A stretch of DNA of 64,000 nucleotides from Eledone cirrhosa (lineage: Eukaryota): assembly GCA_964016885.1 (NCBI GenBank), contig OZ024747.1, forward strand, positions 42,470,001 to 42,534,000, read 5' to 3'. Made by a program: the position numbers and the translations under genes. Numbering within the stretch: position 1 is the stretch's first letter; every line of letters begins with the position of its first letter. Positions 11,990 to 24,142 of this stretch are shown piece by piece. Under the pieces are notes generated by a model. That model saw only the letters and a program-made list of their open reading frames with translations. It was not told the origin of the DNA and did not search any database.

Positions 11990-12077
11990 CTGACGAGGTC
12001 TCGACGAAAGAATAAAATGTCTATATCACACAATTCAACCGGAACGCTGTGTGCATTTGGTGTGTATGAAAAGCGAG
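11990..12077 (-). CDS. Candidate exon 3 of the unidentified divergent gene (ARFSYTPNAHSVPVELCDIDILFFRRDLVR)
   Basis: catttctag acceptor, CAG|gtatag donor, open in phase 1 to 2. Confidence 0.5.
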
Positions 12078-12409
12078 CTAGAAATGTAGGTAGTTCCCTT
12101 TGATAAATCAATATGAATATGACAACAATATAACAATCCGAACTATTTCATTCCAAAATTAAGTTTGGGGTTAAGGTTTAGGGTTAATGTTTTCTGTTTG
12201 TGGGGCTGTAGGAAGTTGATTAAATTAAACCTACCGTTAATCTTTATTTGGAATATGTTAGTTCGGATTATATTACTGTCTTATATTAATTTTATCATAT
12301 GTATAGGGTCGGGTAGCACCGAAATATATATATATATATATATATCGGAAAATATATTTCTTTCACAACTTCCCTGTTAATAAGTTGTTGTCCTAGATGT
12401 ATGTATTAC

Positions 12410-12527
12410 CTGCTTGTGTTTTTCTTTCTTTCTTTTTTCCTTTACCTTTTCTTTCTCTTTTTAAATTATTTGAAATGTTATTTATAAAACTCTTCAGTAA
12501 ATAAATACAAGTTATAATATTTAATTT
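12410..12527 (-). CDS. Candidate exon 2 of the unidentified divergent gene (KLNIITCIYLLKSFINNISNNLKRERKGKGKKKERKTQA)
   Basis: Long pyrimidine tract with ttcttcag acceptor, CAG|gtaata donor, phase 0 to 1; basic NLS-like stretch. Confidence 0.5.
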
Positions 12528-12808
12528 CTGAAGAAAGATAAGAAAAGTCAAACGACAGAAAAATGAAATCGAGAGAAAAAAAAAACAAAAAAAAAAACAA
12601 ACAAACAATGAAAAGCATTGACAAGAAACACATTGTGTCTGGTAAGAGTTTCGGGTGGGTATATGTTACATCAGAAAAGTAGGACTGCACTAGCATCCAC
12701 CAGGCAATGTTAGAGTTGCTAGTGGATATCATAATAAAAAGAAAACATCAACAGTACAGCGTGCCTGACGTGGATATATTTATAGACGATCACGTTTGTT
12801 TCAGCATG

Positions 12809-13199
12809 AACTTATATATATAAACAAAGTTTGGCCATTCACCTAAACAAAAGCATACATGCACAAACATGCATGCATGTTTACTTCTAATTACTTATAC
12901 GTGCATGCACATGCATACACGTTTACCCCAGTAATCTCAACTTATATATATAAACAAAATTTGGCCATTCACCTAAACAAAAGCATACATGCACAAACAT
13001 GCATGCATGTTTACTTCTAATTACTTATACGTGCATGCACATGCATACACGTTTACCCCAGTAATCTCAACTTATATATATAAACAAAGTTTGGCCATTC
13101 ACCTAAACAAAAGCATACATGCACAAACATGCATGCATGTTTACTTCTAATTACTTATACGTGCATGCACATGCATACACGTTTACCCCAGTAACCTCA
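12809..13199. repeat. Tandem repeat, 130-bp unit x3
   Basis: Near-identical units; cttatatatataaac recurs at 12811, 12941 and 13071. Confidence 0.95.
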
Positions 13200-13491
13200 T
13201 ACCCCCTCCCTCATATATATATATATATACATGGTGTCCCCAAAATTGTATGCACATTTATTAGAATGACGTTGAAGTGTGTATACATTTTTTGGGACAT
13301 ACTGTATATATGCACACACACACATATATAGAATAGTAATATTAATTGTTTCTACTTTTTGGCACAAGGCCAGCAATTACCCAGTACATTACTGGTACTT
13401 TATTTTATCGACCCCGTAAATATTAATGAGAGTAAATTTTACTCAATAAATGCCTTGGCCTTTTAATTTTCGGTTTATAAGCAAATTGTAA

Positions 13492-13526
<35 letters not shown>

Positions 13527-13535
13527 TGAAGTTGG

Positions 13536-13572
<37 letters not shown>

Positions 13573-13573
13573 T

Positions 13574-13627
<54 letters not shown>

Positions 13628-13662
13628 CAGAGAGATGGTATATATCTTTATAAAAGCATATT

Positions 13663-13723
13663 TATTTTATTATACGTATTTCAAGCGTACTATTATCTAA
13701 GTACGCTTTCGTCAGATAAAATA
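13663..13723 (-). ncRNA. Minimal type I hammerhead ribozyme (perfect consensus)
   Basis: Minus strand reads UAUUUUAU-CUGACGA-AAGCGUACU(uagauaau)AGUACGCUU-GAAA-UACGUA-UA-AUAAAAUA: 8-bp stem I, 9-bp stem II, palindromic ACGU loop III. Confidence 0.88.
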
Positions 13724-13937
13724 TAATATTTGGTATTAAGATAGTGACATATCTTCATGTGAACTTAATGGTCTAAGTCCAGTGATGATACTGAATTGAA
13801 AGGTTCTTAACTTAAGGGATATTTTCCATTTATTAATATTATTAATAGTAATGATACTCCATAAAAAAAATTATAGAGTGCTTCTAATCTATTGTAAAAT
13901 TAACTTTGTTGAATAATCAACAAACCAAAAACTCATT

Positions 13938-13994
<57 letters not shown>

Positions 13995-14698
13995 AGCGAT
14001 ATTATTTATTGAAATGTACATTACTGACATTTTAAATACATATACAGACACACATGTATACACATACACACACACACCTATACACACACATATATATACA
14101 CACACACATATATATATATACACATATATATATACACACGCACATATATATACACACATATATACACACACATATATATATACACACACACATATATATA
14201 CACACACATTTATATATATATATATAAATAAAGATTAGTTGTCTTACGAAGCATTGGGCGTTCTGCCCATTTTTTCTAGTCGCCAAGGGTACTTTACTTT
14301 CGGTTTTTGTAACTATATTTATAATTATCAAATATTATTGTCGCAACTATATATATATATATATATATAAAATGTATGTGTTTGTACTATATATACAACC
14401 GCTAATGTAATGTTTATAAACTTACACATGTGCATGCATCTGTAAAACATACATAATATATAAGGAGGGTATTTTGGCTGCTATTACTAGTAAGTTGAGT
14501 GACAATGTTAAGGCTCTCGCAGCTCGTCTGCCATTTGGGTGTGTATATGTTAGGTAATGTTTGCCATTTCTGTGGCTAAAAAGCAAAATAAGGTGAGCAT
14601 ATTATACATACAAACATATATATATATATACATATATATGTATGCATATATATAGGTATGCATATATATATATTGTGAAATAGTTTTAGTGATCTTAC

Positions 14699-14917
14699 CA
14701 CATTACGAAGGTGAGCAAACTCAGCGTCGGAACCGTTCTTGGAAGGCGATCTACCTACAACAAGGTTGATAAAGACACCATCAACAATGTAATTACAATC
14801 TTTATCACCACTGCAGTATTTTTCTCTCAAAGCATCAGTAAAAGATTTCTTGCAAATACTCGTTTTCACAGATTCCAAGGATGCGATCTGACGTGATATT
14901 TCAACACAGGTTTCCAT
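14699..14917 (-). CDS. Candidate first coding exon of an unidentified gene divergent from clathrin light chain (METCVEISRQ...EFAHLRNV)
   Basis: ATG in aagATGg context, 73 non-repetitive open codons, GTG|gtaaga donor; 425 bp from the clathrin light chain ATG. Confidence 0.55.
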
Positions 14918-15342
14918 CTTTAGTGCATCGTTTGGTTTTGTAAACAATTCAGAGATAATGTTAACCAAGAGTTGTTATGAAATATTTACAGGTCAGCTCA
15001 CGTTTAGCGTATGCTATATTTAGACGTTGTTTTGATGGTGTTTCCTGATGCACCACTACCTAACTTCATTCTAAATTTCTATATTTGGTGCATTAATCAA
15101 CCCTAATAGAAAAAAAATTTCTTTGCTATGATTGTTATTTTTCATATTAAATCTCTAAATGCCAATAAATTATAATTATTCATCGAGAGAATTTTATATT
15201 TTGGATGTTTCTATGGACGCATTCGAAACTTTTTTAAGTGCATCACGATGTTAGAGAGCAAGACCAATCAGAAGGTTCGCCGAAATTGACGGAAATTTAC
15301 GGAAACAGTCGATCCTTGTTTGACGTAGTTCATTATCACAAA
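14918..15342. promoter_or_regulatory. Putative bidirectional promoter / 5' UTR region
   Basis: Lies between head-to-head ATGs; CCAAT box (GACCAATCAG, ~15262), two ACGGAAA ETS-like motifs (~15289, ~15299), TGACGT (~15321), locally CpG-enriched. Confidence 0.45.
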
Positions 15343-15490
15343 ATGGCTGATTTCGAGAATTTCGAGTCTGCTGGTGATGGAAATGTCGAAGAAGACCCCG
15401 CTGCCGACTTTTTAGCTCGTGAACAGACAGAACTTGCAGGTCTTGAAGATGATAATTTCCCCGTTGCAGATGCCACTCAACCCACTACAG
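15343..15490 (+). CDS. Clc: Clathrin light chain, coding exon 1 (MADFENFESAGDGNVEEDPAADFLAREQTELAGLEDDNFPVADATQPTT)
   Basis: Contains the conserved CLC consensus EEDPAADFLAREQxELAGLE; CAG|gtacgt donor, phase 1. Confidence 0.95.
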
Positions 15491-15993
15491 GTACGTTGCT
15501 GTTATCGTTGTTTAAAACTGATCGAATTATGACTCCAAGTAACACACACACACCCCTCAAAATTTACGCCCATTATAAAATGATATTGTGTCAGTGCTCT
15601 GAAATATACATCGATCTGTCATTTTATGCTTTAGATATTATATTGTCTTGGCTATTTAGACACGATTGAATCCATATTCACGAAATATTTATTCAGAAGA
15701 AACAGACTGAAATCTAAAACAACCTGTCAGATGACGTGATGTAAGTTCATTATATCGAATATAGTCGCTGTGTCATTCATTCACTTACAATGAAGTGTTT
15801 CGGTTATCGATCTGTGTTGTGAATTAGTGTAACCGTTTCAATATCACACAGAGCAACAAATAACCAGAAAAAAAAACCCAAAACCTCTATGTCAGTTGAT
15901 GTCTATTCACTCTATTCCTATATATTATCCGAACTAATATAAGATAATAATAATAATAATTTCTTTATTTAACAATAATGATTTAATAATAAT

Positions 15994-16038
<45 letters not shown>

Positions 16039-16841
16039 GTGTGGTGTAACGATAATGGTGTATTTAGCCTGGAGGACACTTTCATCAGCTGTATATTTGA
16101 CAGCTAATTTCTATAGAATTTTGATGTAACTAAGTCAAATAAAAGTATCTTTTGTAAAATGTTCGTGTACATTTTGTATTTATGTGTATGTGTACACGTA
16201 CGTATTTGTTAAAATGGTTTTCTTAATTCATTAGGAATAATTAAATTATCTTTTTGTTTCTGGGGGCGGTGAATTAGTCACATGCTCTGAACAGTCCTGC
16301 CCCTCCCCATAACCCATTACAAGAAAAACAAACAGAAAAAACCCATTGATTCCAAATCATTTTTTTTTCCTGACGGATATTCTCTCTTTGTTTATGATGT
16401 ATTCCTGGCACTAACATTAACATTACACTTTCCATCGATTTTTGATAACTTTGCCAATATGAGTTAGCTTCCTTTAGTTTCTTTTCCTCGTTCGATGTGT
16501 GCCGCCTCCCAGTTTTCTCGTGTCTGTATTTAAAGTAAATCCACATCTTATATCAAAAGAAAATACACACACCATCATCTGCGAGAGCGAGGAAGTGAAA
16601 TTAAAAGATGTTAATTGTTGAAATTGAAGGAAGGTGTAATGATATAACATTGCCACATTTCCCCTGCTAAGTGAATCAACCTTTCACCTACCAGACATAA
16701 TACATAGTCTCTTGATGGTAATTAGATAACATTTTTCTCGTCGAATTTCTACTCTTATCAGACCCCTGGTAGGGTCTGTGTATAAGTTTCTAACTCATTG
16801 ATCTTTTCACTGATCACACACACATATATATATATATATAG

Positions 16842-16892
16842 GTCTTGAAGATGACAACCTCCCTGTTGCAGAAGCCACTCAGCCTAGTGAAG
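16842..16892 (+). CDS. Clc: Clathrin light chain candidate 51-nt cassette exon A (GLEDDNLPVAEATQPSE), a duplicate of the exon-1 3' end
   Basis: tatag acceptor, AAG|gtatgt donor, symmetric phase 1-1; homologous to 15440-15490. Confidence 0.55.
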
Positions 16893-17843
16893 GTATGTAG
16901 TTGTTATAGTTGTTTAAAACTGACCGAATTAACACATCCACTAACTGCTCTGAAAGATTTACATTAATTTCCGTCAGTTCTCTGAAATACTACCCCATTC
17001 ATCAATCGTTTGTTCTTCAAATATTGTATTGTCTCGACGATGAAACCGTGATTCAATTCATATTCACTAAATTCTTATTCAAAATATTCTCAAGAAAAAG
17101 AAGGCTAAAAATAACGTGCTTACATAAATTCTCAACAGACAGGTTAAAAATAAAAATAAGTTAATGTTAGTCAATAAATGACATAGGGACTATTTGCAAT
17201 CATCCTCGAAATATATAATATAATTGTTTCTACTCTTGGCACAAGGCCAGCAATTATCCAGTACATTACTGGTACTTTATTTTATCGACCCCATAAGGAT
17301 GAAAGGCAAAGTTAACCTCGGCGGGATTTGAACTCAGACTATAAATCGCCGTAACTATTATGATATAATGGATTTATATCAGGTCGTTTATCAGGTTGTT
17401 CATAGCCTTCTTTTACTTGAGAATATTTTGAATAAGAATTTAGTGAATATGAATTGAAGAACAGTTACATCGTCGAGACAATACAATATTTGAAGAACAA
17501 ACGATTGAAGAATGTGGTAGTATTTCAGAGAACTGACGGAAAGTAAATCCACATCTTATATGAAAAGAAAATACACACACCATCATCTGCGAGAGCGAGG
17601 AAGTGAAATTAAGATGTTAATTGTTGAAATTGAAGGGAGGTGTAATGATATAACATTGCCACATTTCCCCTGCTAAGTGAATCAACCTTTCACCTACCAG
17701 ACATAATACATAGTCTCTTGATGGTAATTAGATAACATTTTTCTCGTCAAATTTCTGCTCTTATCAGACACCTGGTAGGGTCTGTAAGTTTCTAACTCAT
17801 TGATCTTTTCACTGATCACACACACATATATATATATATATAG

Positions 17844-17894
17844 GTCTTGAAGATGACAACCTCCCTGTTGCAGAAGCCACTCAGCCTAGTGAAG
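17844..17894 (+). CDS. Clc: Clathrin light chain candidate 51-nt cassette exon B (identical to exon A)
   Basis: Exact copy of 16842-16892 with the same splice sites. Confidence 0.5.
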
Positions 17895-18304
17895 GTATGT
17901 AGTTGTTATAGTTGTTTAAAACTGACCGAATTAACACATCCACTAACTGCTCTGAAAGATTTACATTAATTTCTGTCAGTTCTCTGAAATACTACCCCAT
18001 TCATCAATCGTTTGTTCTTTAATTCATATTCATTAAATTCTTATTCAAAATATTCTCAAGAAAAAGAAGGCTAAAAACAACCTGATATAAATCCATTATA
18101 TTATATATTTCGAAGATGATTGCAAATAGTCGCTATGTCATTTATTGACTAACATTAACTTATTTTTACTCTTAATCTGTCTGTTGAGAGATTGTGTAAG
18201 CACGTTAGTGTCATATTAAGAAAATAATTAGATTTTATATCGATGCAGCAGTTGTCTATCTAACCTACATTTTCTTATCCAGACAGATAACACTAATATC
18301 AGTT

Positions 18305-19400
18305 TTTTGTCCACTTCTCCATGCTTGCATGGATTGAATGTCTTCTCTAGCACAGTGTCCTATCTTTGGTTGTAATACTTTATCTCTTTCATGAGCTAGA
18401 ACTTCTTGAGATCAGCTTTCAGCATTTCTTCTTACATCTTCCTCTTCTGAATGATCTTTCCACTTGGATCACTTTAGATGTAATACCTAACTGTCTTTCT
18501 ACATACACGTTACATGGCTACACCAGTTCAGTCTTCTCTCTTGCACGCCATATCTGATACCTCTCATAACCAATCTTTTTCTGAACTTATTCTTTGTCAT
18601 TCATGCAAACTAACATTACTTATACAGCGGAGCATGTTCGCTTTATTTCTTTCCAACCCTTACACTTCTTCTGCATTTCATGCCTATGCTTTGCTACTTG
18701 GCACATTGTACATAACAATCATGCGTTGTTCACTTGATGAAAGAATCTCTTGTTTTCAACAAAGGTAATAGCTCCCTCAACATTTTTCACTGTTATGGCA
18801 CTGGCTGTTATACTTTCAGAACTCCCGCCTTCATTATTATTCATGTCACTTAGGTAACAGAAAATATCAGCTACATCAAGGGAGCTTTTTGAATATTTAA
18901 AAGAATTTATTTCTTGGATGATCCTACAGTTAACTACTCCTGTGTCTCTACTGCATATGAAATCGTTCTGTCAATCTGCCTGTGATCCCACTGCATGACT
19001 TGTACATCTGTACTTTACATTTGGTACACAGTACAGAGTTCCTACCTAGACTTTCTGCATATTGAGCATGGCAACCTCCCTAATGGTAGTAATGCTGTGT
19101 TTTTTGGGGGTTTTTTCTGATTGCAAAAAAATGTTGTCATTACATCATACTTTGAGGCCTCTTGGTTTTAGGCTTTTGTGTATAGGAGTTCTCCCAGACA
19201 GTCGGTCTTAAACACCTCTGTTAGGGCTTGGCAAACTATAATAAACAGGAGTGGATTGAGAAGTGTGCCTTGATGAACACTGCCTTACAGAACTGGTTAC
19301 TGACTCTCATCTTGCTGATGTCAACTCTGTTCATGACATAACATGATTCTTTGCAGCCACCAGATTACAGGGTGTTGAACCCTGTTAAATGACTTTTGTA
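18305..19400 (-). mobile_element. Degenerate RTE-like LINE fragment
   Basis: Decayed homology to the 20817-21810 element (RT and Cys-rich segments) with multiple stops and frameshifts. Confidence 0.5.
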
Positions 19401-20816
19401 GTTGTCTCACTTAGAAGAGAGCATTAGTGTTACCTGTTCACGCACAAACACACAACACTTAGCTATTTCTGTTATGTTCATAACCTTGTACATTATGTTG
19501 TCTCTAGTTGTTTCTTTCTAGAGTGTCTCCTTTCCCTACTAAGCATTGATGAATAGACTCACAAAACAGTAAGCCTATTTGACCGTTAGTTGGAGCTCTG
19601 TTAATGGCAATCTATGTAAGACAGTTGGGTTTGTTTTAATTTAGAGTTTTCCATTTCCTGGATGTATGTTCTGGCAAGAACTAGGGATCATCAGTCTCAG
19701 TGGTCTTACTGCATGCTTGATCACCAACTGGAACATTTCTGTCTTTGTATAGAGACATACTCTGACTGATTCAGTTCATTTATTTTTATATCTGTGTCAA
19801 AAATATGCCTATGTAACTCTCCCATCCAGTGCTATTACCTACCCCAAGGAATTTGAACGTGTGGTACTTACCTCCAAGGAATATGATTAAGGCTTCCCTC
19901 AATCTCACCTCAAGATCTATTTTTTATTGTGCCAATATTAATGGTGTCAATGTTATGTACATGACAGGAAGCCTGGAGTTTTCAATGATAGGTGGGTTGT
20001 ATGATGTCTGTTTTCTGTATCTGAAAGGGAGAAAGGTTTTATGATTGTTAAAGGGTTCTCATACATAACCAGATGTCTCCCCTCTACAGACCTACTGCTG
20101 TGTGCAACACTAATATGGTAAGTGTCAGTTCTATATCTGATATTAAGATGTTTCACTAATTTTGGCATGATTTTACTGGTTGGGTGTCCTTTCTATCACC
20201 AACCACTTAAAAGCATGAACTGGGTTCATTTTATCCTGCCAGTATCACTAGAGGTTGTGTGTTTGAACTAAAGTGTCCCCTGTACACTGTCAGGTTTCAA
20301 GGAATAATGCTATAATAATTCATTTCTTTGTAATATACATATGAATAACACGTGATTCATTTGTATATTTATGTATGTACATAATATATATATATAGTAA
20401 TAATAATAAATTTGAAGACTAAAATCCAAAGAGGGCTCAATAAGGATAAATATATATCAAATATATAAGAACCGTAGAGAAAATATTTATTAAAATAAAT
20501 ATATATATATATATTAAAATAACAGATTAAAGTTTAAGCAAAGAATCGCTGCTTTCACCCTTAAAAAAAGGGTGAAAGCAGCGATTCTTTGCTTAAACTT
20601 TAATCTGTTATTTTAATAAATATATATATATATATACTTACTAAATTTAGGGTTTATCAATACATATAAAATACATAACAATTATGTTTCTCAATAAAAA
20701 AAAAAGCATTAGTTCAGAGCATTAATTATATGAGTTTAAACGATATATAACAGGATATATATCAATTGAGAAACTACTAGTATTTTGTAAATGTATACAG
20801 AACAATTAATATAAGT

Positions 20817-21810
20817 TTATAGTGCCTTAGACAGATGGGTCTGTCTAAGGTACTGAAATTGAAGGAGCTTGCTTCCTGAGGGTATTTGCTTACTACCCCT
20901 GTGCAGGGAACACATGAAGTCTGCGTTTTTTGCTTGCCTGTCAATTTTCCCTCTACATCTCTTGTGTATCCACAATTTGCATTTGAGATACCAGATTGAG
21001 TTTCTGCCTACTCCTTTTTTGCATACCGAGCAGGGCCATTTCTCAGAGGGGACCAGAGCCCTGTTTTCTTTTCTACTCACGAGGATTTTGGTCTTTGCTC
21101 GGTTGACTTTTATTTCCATGATGTGCCTCCATGTCTGAAATTTCTTCTCTAATTCTGTCATAGAATTGGCTAAGAGAGTCAGGTTGTCAACATATAGGAG
21201 TTCTCATGGACAACTGGTCTTAAATTCCTCTGTTATAACCTGTAGGACAATAATGAAGAGGAGGGGTTAAGGACGGAACCTGGTGAATGCCCACCTGCAC
21301 ACTGAATTCCTCACTGTAATCATTGTTGATTTTAACTTTGCTGGTACATGGTTTGTACTGCTCTCACAAGCCACTCATCTCGCCATTGTTTTCTGAGGGC
21401 CCACCAGATTATGGGTTGAGAGACTCTGTCAAAAGCTTTCTCTAGGTCCATGAATGCTAAGTAGAGCAGCTTGCTTTTAGCCAAGTACTTCTCCTGCATT
21501 TGCTTCACAGGGAAGAGGTCCTCGCGGATGCTTTTTCCCGGCACAAGTCCAAACTTCATCTTGTCTAGGCATATACGATTTCTAATCAGTTGTGTGATGA
21601 CTCTTTCTGTAACTTTCATGACCTGATCAATCAGCTTGATGCCTCTGTAGTTACTTCTCTCTAAGGCATCTCCTTTACCCTTGTAATGGTTGATGATGAT
21701 GCAGCTATTCCAGTCATGGGGAATGACACCATTCTGTATCACTTGGTTTACAACAAGGGTGATTAGTGTGCGCCCTACCGTTCCAGATGCTTTCAACATT
21801 TCAGCAAATA
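20817..21810 (-). mobile_element. RTE-like LINE RT fragment with a PHD-like Cys/His insert
   Basis: IPHDW..YKGKGDALERSNYRGIKL, LAFMDLEKAFDRV and WPCSVCKKGVGRNSI..CKLWIHKRC; frameshifted. Confidence 0.8.
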
Positions 21811-22687
21811 TATATATACACACACAAATAGAATGTATGTTTAGAAAGTGGTGAGTGGAGTTCGAAAATTGATTTAGAAGACTTCATCGTTACGGCAAAG
21901 TCTCTCTCTCTCTCTCTCCGTAACGATGAAGTCTTCTAATTCAATTTTCAAACTCCGCTCACCACTTTCTAAACATACATTCTATTTGCGTGTGTATATA
22001 TATATCATCATCATCATCATTTTACGTCCGCTTTTCCCTGCTTGCAAGGGTGGGACGGGAACTGATCTGGCTTGATTTTTACAGCTGGATGCCCTTCCTA
22101 ACATCAACCTCATTTTACAGTGAGTGCTGGGTGTTTTTTTTTCTGTGGCACCTATACGTCCACTTTATAGTGTGAGCTGGGTGCTTTTTTGCCGTGGCAC
22201 CTCCACGACCACTTTGCAGTGGAATGATAGGGACCCCAGTCCTATCATCTCATTTCTACAGCTGAGTAAACTGGAGCAATGTAAAATAGAGTGTCTTACT
22301 CAAGGAAACAACACATCACCCGGTCTGAGAATTGAACTCACAACCTTTCGGTTGCAAGGCCAATGCTCTAACCACTAAGCCATGTGCCTCCATATATATA
22401 TATATATAGTAATGGAGTATTAGGTCTGAGTGTTTTAACTGATCACATTCATACATAGAGCTTTACATTTAAATCCTGTAGTTTATTGAACTGAATATTT
22501 AGAATATAATCAGTTTTATCTGTTTTTCTTAATTTCTCACATCATGAATTAACTATGTAGTTTCATTTTTTATGGAGCTGTAATAACTTAAAATCTAAAC
22601 ATCAAAGTAGGTAAAAGTAGTGGACATAAATCCTGTTTTGTTACACCCACTGACTACAGTTTATTTAATTAAACTGGTTTTTAATTA

Positions 22688-22857
22688 CTGTATTTCCCAG
22701 TGCCGAAGACACTTCATCCTCGAGAACACACCCTAATTTTGACAACCAAAAATTTGAAAAAAAAATAATAAACAACCTTCAGCCTCCAGGATGCATGCTA
22801 GATTTTTTTAGACTTATTTTAGGAAAAAGGTAGCGTCTTCAATGCCAGGAAATACAG
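22688..22857. mobile_element. Tc1/pogo(Tigger)-like MITE
   Basis: TIRs CTGTATTTCC..GAAGAC / GTCTTC..GGAAATACAG flanked by TA. Confidence 0.6.
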
Positions 22858-22902
22858 TATACTAATATCCCAGCCTTAATTATGTTGTCACTTCTATTCT
22901 AG

Positions 22903-22973
22903 TTGATGGGTTTAATACCTTTGAAGAACCAAATGGGACAGTTAATGGTTTGAGTGAAGCAGATGTACCACAG
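22903..22973 (+). CDS. Clc: Clathrin light chain exon 2 (VDGFNTFEEPNGTVNGLSEADVPQ)
   Basis: ttctag acceptor, CAG|gtattg donor, phase 1 to 0. Confidence 0.88.
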
Positions 22974-23276
22974 GTATTGATGGATTCTTTCATTGTATAA
23001 AGATTAACATATTAATCTAAAATAGTCTACATTTGGTGACTAAATGAATAAAAATGGTAGCCCTTAGAGGTTAGCTTTGTCTTTCATCCTTACGGGGTCG
23101 ATAAAATAAAGCACCAGTAATGCACTGGGGTCGATCTAATTGACCCCCCCCCCCAATTGCTGGCCTTGTGCCTACGTAGAAATTATTATTATTATTGTTT
23201 CTTTTTAATTGTGAAAGCAATTACTGTTTGATTACATACTATACTTAGGAATGAATATTTGACTTTTTTTTTTCAG

Positions 23277-23397
23277 ACTAATGGACCTACAGATGGGAGT
23301 GGTTATGCTGCTATTGCTCAGGTTGATAAACACCATCGAGAGCCTGAAAAAATTAAGTTGTGGAGAGAAGAACAGAAAAAACGACTTGAACAAAAAG
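23277..23397 (+). CDS. Clc: Clathrin light chain exon 3 (TNGPTDGSGYAAIAQVDKHHREPEKIKLWREEQKKRLEQK)
   Basis: Conserved NGPTD..YAAI..EPE.I..WREEQ..RL motif; canonical splice sites. Confidence 0.96.
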
Positions 23398-24030
23398 GTA
23401 TGATTTTATAGTAAAGAAAAAAATTAATTTTATCCGGATATATTGCATAACGTTCCTAGTCCTGATATAAAAATGTCTCTATGTTCATATCCAAATTCAA
23501 ACTTTCCATCATAATTTTATGTAAGAATATTTTGTTTTGTTCCAAACACCAACTTAATAATGAGTGTTTGGTGACATGTATTGATGATGATTGTTGGGTG
23601 AAGTGCTAGGAGTTTTCAGGGGAAGGAAACTGTAGTAAAGGAAGGTGAAGGTAAACCTGGGAGAAATGGTGAGAGTGGATCTCAAAATGCTGAACCTCAC
23701 AGAGGAGATGATGCAAGAATGCAACAAGTGGAGGGAAGTTGTGCTGGAAAAGACCCATCCAACTCATGTGAGCTTGGAGAAATGGATGTAAAAGGGATGA
23801 TGATGATGTTCTCTGTCTTTATTTTTAATTAATTAAAAAATATAGGCAGTATATTTTCTTGGAAATATGGTAACAAAGGGGTTCAATGAGCTGCGTATGA
23901 TGTTGAATAAAAACTTCATTTAGAACAGTAAATAAATAGATGAGATCATTCTTTCATTTATTTCCATAAGTCTATCTTCAAAATCATTTAAAAAAAATAT
24001 TTCTTTCTATATATTCTTTTATGCATCTAG

Positions 24031-24142
24031 ATGCTGAAGAAGAAGATAAGAAGGAAATTTGGCGTGAAGCTGCTAAGAAAGAGCTCGAAGATTGGTTGAA
24101 AAATCAAGCAGAGCAGCTTATTAAGACTAAAGAAAACAATCG
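24031..24142 (+). CDS. Clc: Clathrin light chain exon 4 (DAEEEDKKEIWREAAKKELEDWLKNQAEQLIKTKENNR)
   Basis: Heavy-chain-binding helix with W..A.KELEDW..EQL.KTK.NNR; ends in phase 2. Confidence 0.96.

Larger units (their letters stand above)
16532..18206. repeat. Complex direct-inverted-direct duplication in clathrin light chain intron 1
   Basis: 16532-17115 matches 17540-18080 directly. 17115-17545 is inverted: its ends match 18100-18205 and 16969-17105, and it is interrupted by a SINE at ~17222-17355. Confidence 0.85.

Noticed and set aside
11985-12025. CUGACGA...GAAA on the plus strand
   Set aside because: Stem II cannot form (2-nt loop) and stem III is unpaired; it overlaps a candidate exon on the other strand.
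12163-12190. Telomere-like GGGGTTAAGGTTTAGGGTTA
   Set aside because: Only ~3 degenerate units; no evidence for an interstitial telomere or telomerase RNA.
15238-15669. 143-aa ORF as a single-exon protein
   Set aside because: Only 15343-15490 is clathrin light chain exon 1; the rest is 5' flank and intron read-through.
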